From: Idiomarina loihiensis L2TR
Lineage (GTDB): Bacteria; Pseudomonadota; Gammaproteobacteria; Enterobacterales; Alteromonadaceae
Direction of reading: 5' to 3'
DNA length: 32,000 nt
Assembly: GCF_000008465.1 (NCBI RefSeq)
Contig: NC_006512.1
Coordinates: 810,001 to 842,000 of the forward strand
Under the pieces are notes generated by a model. That model had not been told where the DNA came from and ran no database searches. It saw only the letters and a program-made list of their open reading frames with translations. Positions 28,764-32,000 of the stretch are shown piece after piece (position 1 is the stretch's first letter; every line of letters begins with the position of its first letter). The position numbers and the translations under genes were made by a program.

Positions 28764-30734
28764 CTACTTTGCGTTCTGCGTGCCAGTAGAATTCAAGTCA
28801 ATATCTACGTCATAGTCGATAAATTTAGCCTCCCCCATATACCAAATTTCAAAGGTTTCGGGCTCGCCATAAAAATAGTAAACATCTACCGGTGGCTTGT
28901 TCCGACCATGAGCATACACAAAAGACTGCCTCGTTATTTCCTTGAGGTATCCCTTGCTATCCTTAACAAAAACCTCATTCCGACGACGTTCTTGTTCGTA
29001 CGCTTTTCTTTTTATCGTTTCACGCGGCTCAAACTCCGCGTAGTCAATAATGAGTCGGTTACCTTTTAGACTTACGCCTTGCGGCAATTCGTCTTTAGCA
29101 TAGCTTTCTTTCGTCAGATTAGGTGCGATAAGCACCGGAAGCGCAGCTTTAAAGCGAGCAGGTTTAGTTGTGAACCTTTTTGGATAATAATCAATACTGT
29201 GCGCTTTAAAGTCATAAGCAAATTCAATGCTCTCTAAGTCCGTGTTTTCGAGGCTCCCACTTTTCTTTAACTCAACTTCAGCGGCATCCTGCACTGGCTC
29301 ATTATTTTCATCAAAGAACTTATGACCGGCCATTGCAGATGCCGCGACCCGGTTGCCACTTTCAATAAACACATCGCTTTGTACATTGGGGTAAAACCAC
29401 CTTATAACTCCAGGAGTTTCAACATCCTGTCTTTTCGGATCGTCGAACTCATATCCTCGGAAATGTAGTAGTGTCATTAAGTCTGAAATTTCTTGTGCAT
29501 TTAATTCGGTACGGGATGCTGTAACAGGCAGACGATCATTGTAAACAGGAGCCGTTAGCTCAATCTCTGGTATATCACCCGAGCTAATCTCATAAGTCCG
29601 GGAATATGGCATATCAAGCACAGGAAGCTCCAACTCACGTTCCACTTTTTTGCTTTCTTCACCGTACACTAATAGCGTTAACAACCCTTTTTCTACTTGT
29701 CCGTTAAAGGCTCTGCCTAAATATATTTTACCAGCGCGCGCCTCTTTACTGTCTTTTTGCCAGGCCTCAAAATCCTTTTTTACAGCTTCTAAATCGATAT
29801 TTCCCTGTTTAGCCTTTGCTATTACCTCTTCCAGCAGGTCGTTTTCCTGATAAACCTCAGACGTAGGCCGACGTCGTGTTGACCGCCAAGCGAGATAATC
29901 CCCATTGGCTGTAACGGCCTCAGCAAGAACATCTTCATTTCCGAACAATTTAGAAGGGTCGGTGCCGTCTTCAATACTAATTTCAACTACGTAATAGTCT
30001 TCTCCAAACTCCAGCACGTTAATTAAAAAGCCGTCTCGCTCCAAAGTTCCGCCTACATCTTCAGCGCTGAGTTCAAATGTAATTATCTGTTCTGGCAACT
30101 CTGCATAAAACTCTCCTTTTACAGCAACTGGTCTGGGGGACTTCTCATCGCGTGCCTCGGTGAAACAAAATTCTTCACGCGTATCGACAATATCGCCCAA
30201 TGCCTGCTTATTATTTGCCATATCAGGAAAGCTCGCATATTCAGGGAAGCCCAGGGTATCACCGTTGCCGAAAACCATATTGGTGTATGTCAGACTGTAA
30301 CGAAACGGAAACTCAAAGCCAGGCTTCAGAGTAAAACCCTGTTCGTTTGAATATTGCATGCAAGAGAGGTGTTTCCAACTGTTTACCGCTACCAGGCTCT
30401 GCAAGTACGCGTCAGTCATTGCATCTCTGTCACTGTATTGGTTTAAATGGAAAAACTCCGGCTGAGTGTATTCAACTTTTTCTATCCCGGCATAAAAGAC
30501 AAAAACGTCCATCATCCATTGGAAGTTAGACATTTCCTGACCGTACAGTGCACGTCCGAGCTCTTCGTCCTCAAGCCCTTTTAATATTTCAAAACGGGCA
30601 TCGTGAAGTTCATCGCGTTGCTGAATTTGCTCATACACAGTTCGACCCTCCTGCTTAGCTTCCTTGCTGTCTGCACAACCAGCACTCAGCATTGCGCTGA
30701 CAAAGGCAACACCCAAAACTTTGTATATATTCAC
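28764..30734 (-). CDS. large lipoprotein of unknown function (656 aa)
   Basis: GTG start with GGTAGGGAAACA upstream. The N-terminus MNIYKVLGVAFVSAMLSAGC has a lipobox (LSAGC). I see no recognisable catalytic or repeat motif. Spot GC counts are about 37-40%, against about 50% in thi and czcA. Confidence 0.75.
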   Translation of the reverse strand: MNIYKVLGVAFVSAMLSAGCADSKEAKQEGRTVYEQIQQRDELHDARFEILKGLEDEELGRALYGQEMSNFQWMMDVFVFYAGIEKVEYTQPEFFHLNQYSDRDAMTDAYLQSLVAVNSWKHLSCMQYSNEQGFTLKPGFEFPFRYSLTYTNMVFGNGDTLGFPEYASFPDMANNKQALGDIVDTREEFCFTEARDEKSPRPVAVKGEFYAELPEQIITFELSAEDVGGTLERDGFLINVLEFGEDYYVVEISIEDGTDPSKLFGNEDVLAEAVTANGDYLAWRSTRRRPTSEVYQENDLLEEVIAKAKQGNIDLEAVKKDFEAWQKDSKEARAGKIYLGRAFNGQVEKGLLTLLVYGEESKKVERELELPVLDMPYSRTYEISSGDIPEIELTAPVYNDRLPVTASRTELNAQEISDLMTLLHFRGYEFDDPKRQDVETPGVIRWFYPNVQSDVFIESGNRVAASAMAGHKFFDENNEPVQDAAEVELKKSGSLENTDLESIEFAYDFKAHSIDYYPKRFTTKPARFKAALPVLIAPNLTKESYAKDELPQGVSLKGNRLIIDYAEFEPRETIKRKAYEQERRRNEVFVKDSKGYLKEITRQSFVYAHGRNKPPVDVYYFYGEPETFEIWYMGEAKFIDYDVDIDLNSTGTQNAK

Positions 30735-30771
30735 TGTTTCCCTACCTATTTTTTTGGTACATCTTTGTGTG

Positions 30772-31482
30772 CTACTCGTTTATTTGAAACCACCAGAACA
30801 AGTACGGATATTCTTCTAAAGCTTCCGGCGGCGGTTGCTGTAAAAAGCCATGACCCGGATCAAGATCAAGCGCTCCGGTTTCCTGAACAATACCTCTAAT
30901 TGCCTTAATGGATGCATCCGACTTAGCCTCTTCCAGCTGCGCTTCCTCGTGAAAAGACCATAAATATAAGCCTAATGCGGAATACCACAGGCTGACTAAT
31001 TCAGGGTTACTCTGCTCTTTTGCCTCAACAATGACTTCTTTTGCCGTATCCTGAATAGCCATTTCCACCGGCGGCAATGCATCGTCGCCCGTAAGCAAGC
31101 CTGCTTCGACGAATTTCTGCCAGAGCGGTGAGCCAGCATCGCAATATAGGTAAGGTGGTTCAATGTAACCCACGGTGGGGTTTGTCTCGCCGTTCCACTT
31201 TTCTTCTGGGTGCAGTCCAATAAAAGTAAACTCGCGTACGCTATCGAAAAAGGCTTTATGCGCGGCGTAGTCAGGGTGTTGGGTGAGTTTAAATTGGTAA
31301 ACAAAGTTGTGTTTCAACAAAGTGTCAATAACACGAAGATGAGTAAAACCAGTATCCCAACATTCCTGAAATTGATAGAGGTTCCAGAATAGCGAGCGCA
31401 GTTCCTGGCTCGTCTTTGTTTTCGACTGAGCCAGACAGTTAACCGACGACTCAACCAGGTCTTCAAACTCGTGCATAGACAT
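30772..31482 (-). CDS. acidic cytoplasmic protein of unknown function (236 aa)
   Basis: ATG start with no signal peptide or TM helix. It is Trp/Phe/Glu-rich. It lies 37 nt upstream of the lipoprotein gene on the same strand. A spot GC count gives about 42%. Confidence 0.7.
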   Translation of the reverse strand: MSMHEFEDLVESSVNCLAQSKTKTSQELRSLFWNLYQFQECWDTGFTHLRVIDTLLKHNFVYQFKLTQHPDYAAHKAFFDSVREFTFIGLHPEEKWNGETNPTVGYIEPPYLYCDAGSPLWQKFVEAGLLTGDDALPPVEMAIQDTAKEVIVEAKEQSNPELVSLWYSALGLYLWSFHEEAQLEEAKSDASIKAIRGIVQETGALDLDPGHGFLQQPPPEALEEYPYLFWWFQINE

Positions 31483-31636
31483 AAGACATTCCCTTATTAG
31501 TAATAGCGCGGCTCTTCATAATACAGCTAACGGAAGAAAACTTACTATGCACCTTCCATTGGCACCGTGTTGTCATTTTGTAAACTGAGTTTACCCAACT
31601 TAATACCCAGCTCCAATACAGTTGTGGACACCTTTA

Positions 31637-31660
31637 CAGAAACTTAACCCTAAGTTTCTG
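31637..31660. repeat. perfect 10-bp inverted repeat with 4-nt loop
   Basis: CAGAAACTTA-ACCC-TAAGTTTCTG, 19 nt downstream (on the minus strand) of the partial ORF stop. No U-run follows on either strand. Confidence 0.6.
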
Positions 31661-31678
31661 CATAACGGCCTGGAGGAA

Positions 31679-32000
31679 CTAACGTATGCGACGAGCGCCC
31701 TCGTCCATTCCGGTCACTCTAAACTTCTTTCCAAGTGGTGCCCTGATAACGGGGCTTGATATCAATTCATCACCACAATAAATTCGCATGGGTAAACCAA
31801 TATGCTCTTTACTCGCGGCTTTCCATTTACTCAGCGCATGGTCGGCCACTTCTATTGTCCATTGAACCGTATTATTGTCGGTAGTTGTATTTAACGAACT
31901 AAGGTCAGAACGCTCTAACAGTAAGGTATCCGGGGCTCCCTCACTCTTTGCTGGTAAATATAAGTTAAAATCACAGTACTTTTCTTTGTCCTCTGCGATC
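31679..32000 (-). CDS. C-terminal 106 codons of an ORF entering from the right edge; possible SecD/SecF P1-head-like domain
   Basis: Hand translation gives ..TVQWTIEVADHALSKWKAASKEHIGLPMRIYCGDELISSPVIRAPLGKKFRVTGMDEGARRIR, with stop TAG at 31679-31681. The G.P..I..D..V.SAP.I......I.G pattern loosely resembles the SecDF P1 head. Confidence 0.45.
   Translation of the reverse strand, partial: IAEDKEKYCDFNLYLPAKSEGAPDTLLLERSDLSSLNTTTDNNTVQWTIEVADHALSKWKAASKEHIGLPMRIYCGDELISSPVIRAPLGKKFRVTGMDEGARRIR

Overview
This is a gammaproteobacterial chromosomal segment. Gene content and order look like Alteromonadales, Shewanella or Pseudomonas genomes, but the taxon cannot be verified here. Spot counts give about 50% GC in most genes.

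Layout:
- 1-2322 (minus): the conserved truD (partial), ispF, ispD, ftsB block.
- 2415-18414: about 16 kb of unrelated modules. These are a TSUP/TauE exporter, an MHYT-PAS-degenerate GGDEF-EAL c-di-GMP phosphodiesterase, a ybiI / DUF2007 / MAPEG / ybiX group, and a periplasmic copper module (unknown secreted protein, cytochrome c, divergent NirK, NirV, SCO1). They are followed by a TPP riboswitch with a tightly coupled thiC-thiDE-thiF-thiS-thiG-thiH operon, and an orphan 225-aa ORF that overlaps both neighbours.
- 18368-21337 (minus): eno and pyrG.
- 21497-32000: a metal-handling block. It holds a CDF lacking the cytoplasmic domain, an RDD protein, a small membrane protein, and a small His/Cys protein followed by czcC-czcB-czcA. 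Beyond that is a lower-GC orphan pair (a 656-aa lipoprotein and a 236-aa acidic protein) and a partial ORF.

I found no rRNA, tRNA, CRISPR array, IS element, integrase or recognisable defence gene.

Most worth a second look:
- The low-GC orphan lipoprotein pair.
- The czcB-position adaptor, which appears to lack the alpha-helical hairpin.
- The divergent NirK module with an uncharacterised periplasmic partner.
- The 225-aa ORF wedged between thiH and eno.

I cannot demonstrate a new system from sequence alone. These are candidates, not discoveries.
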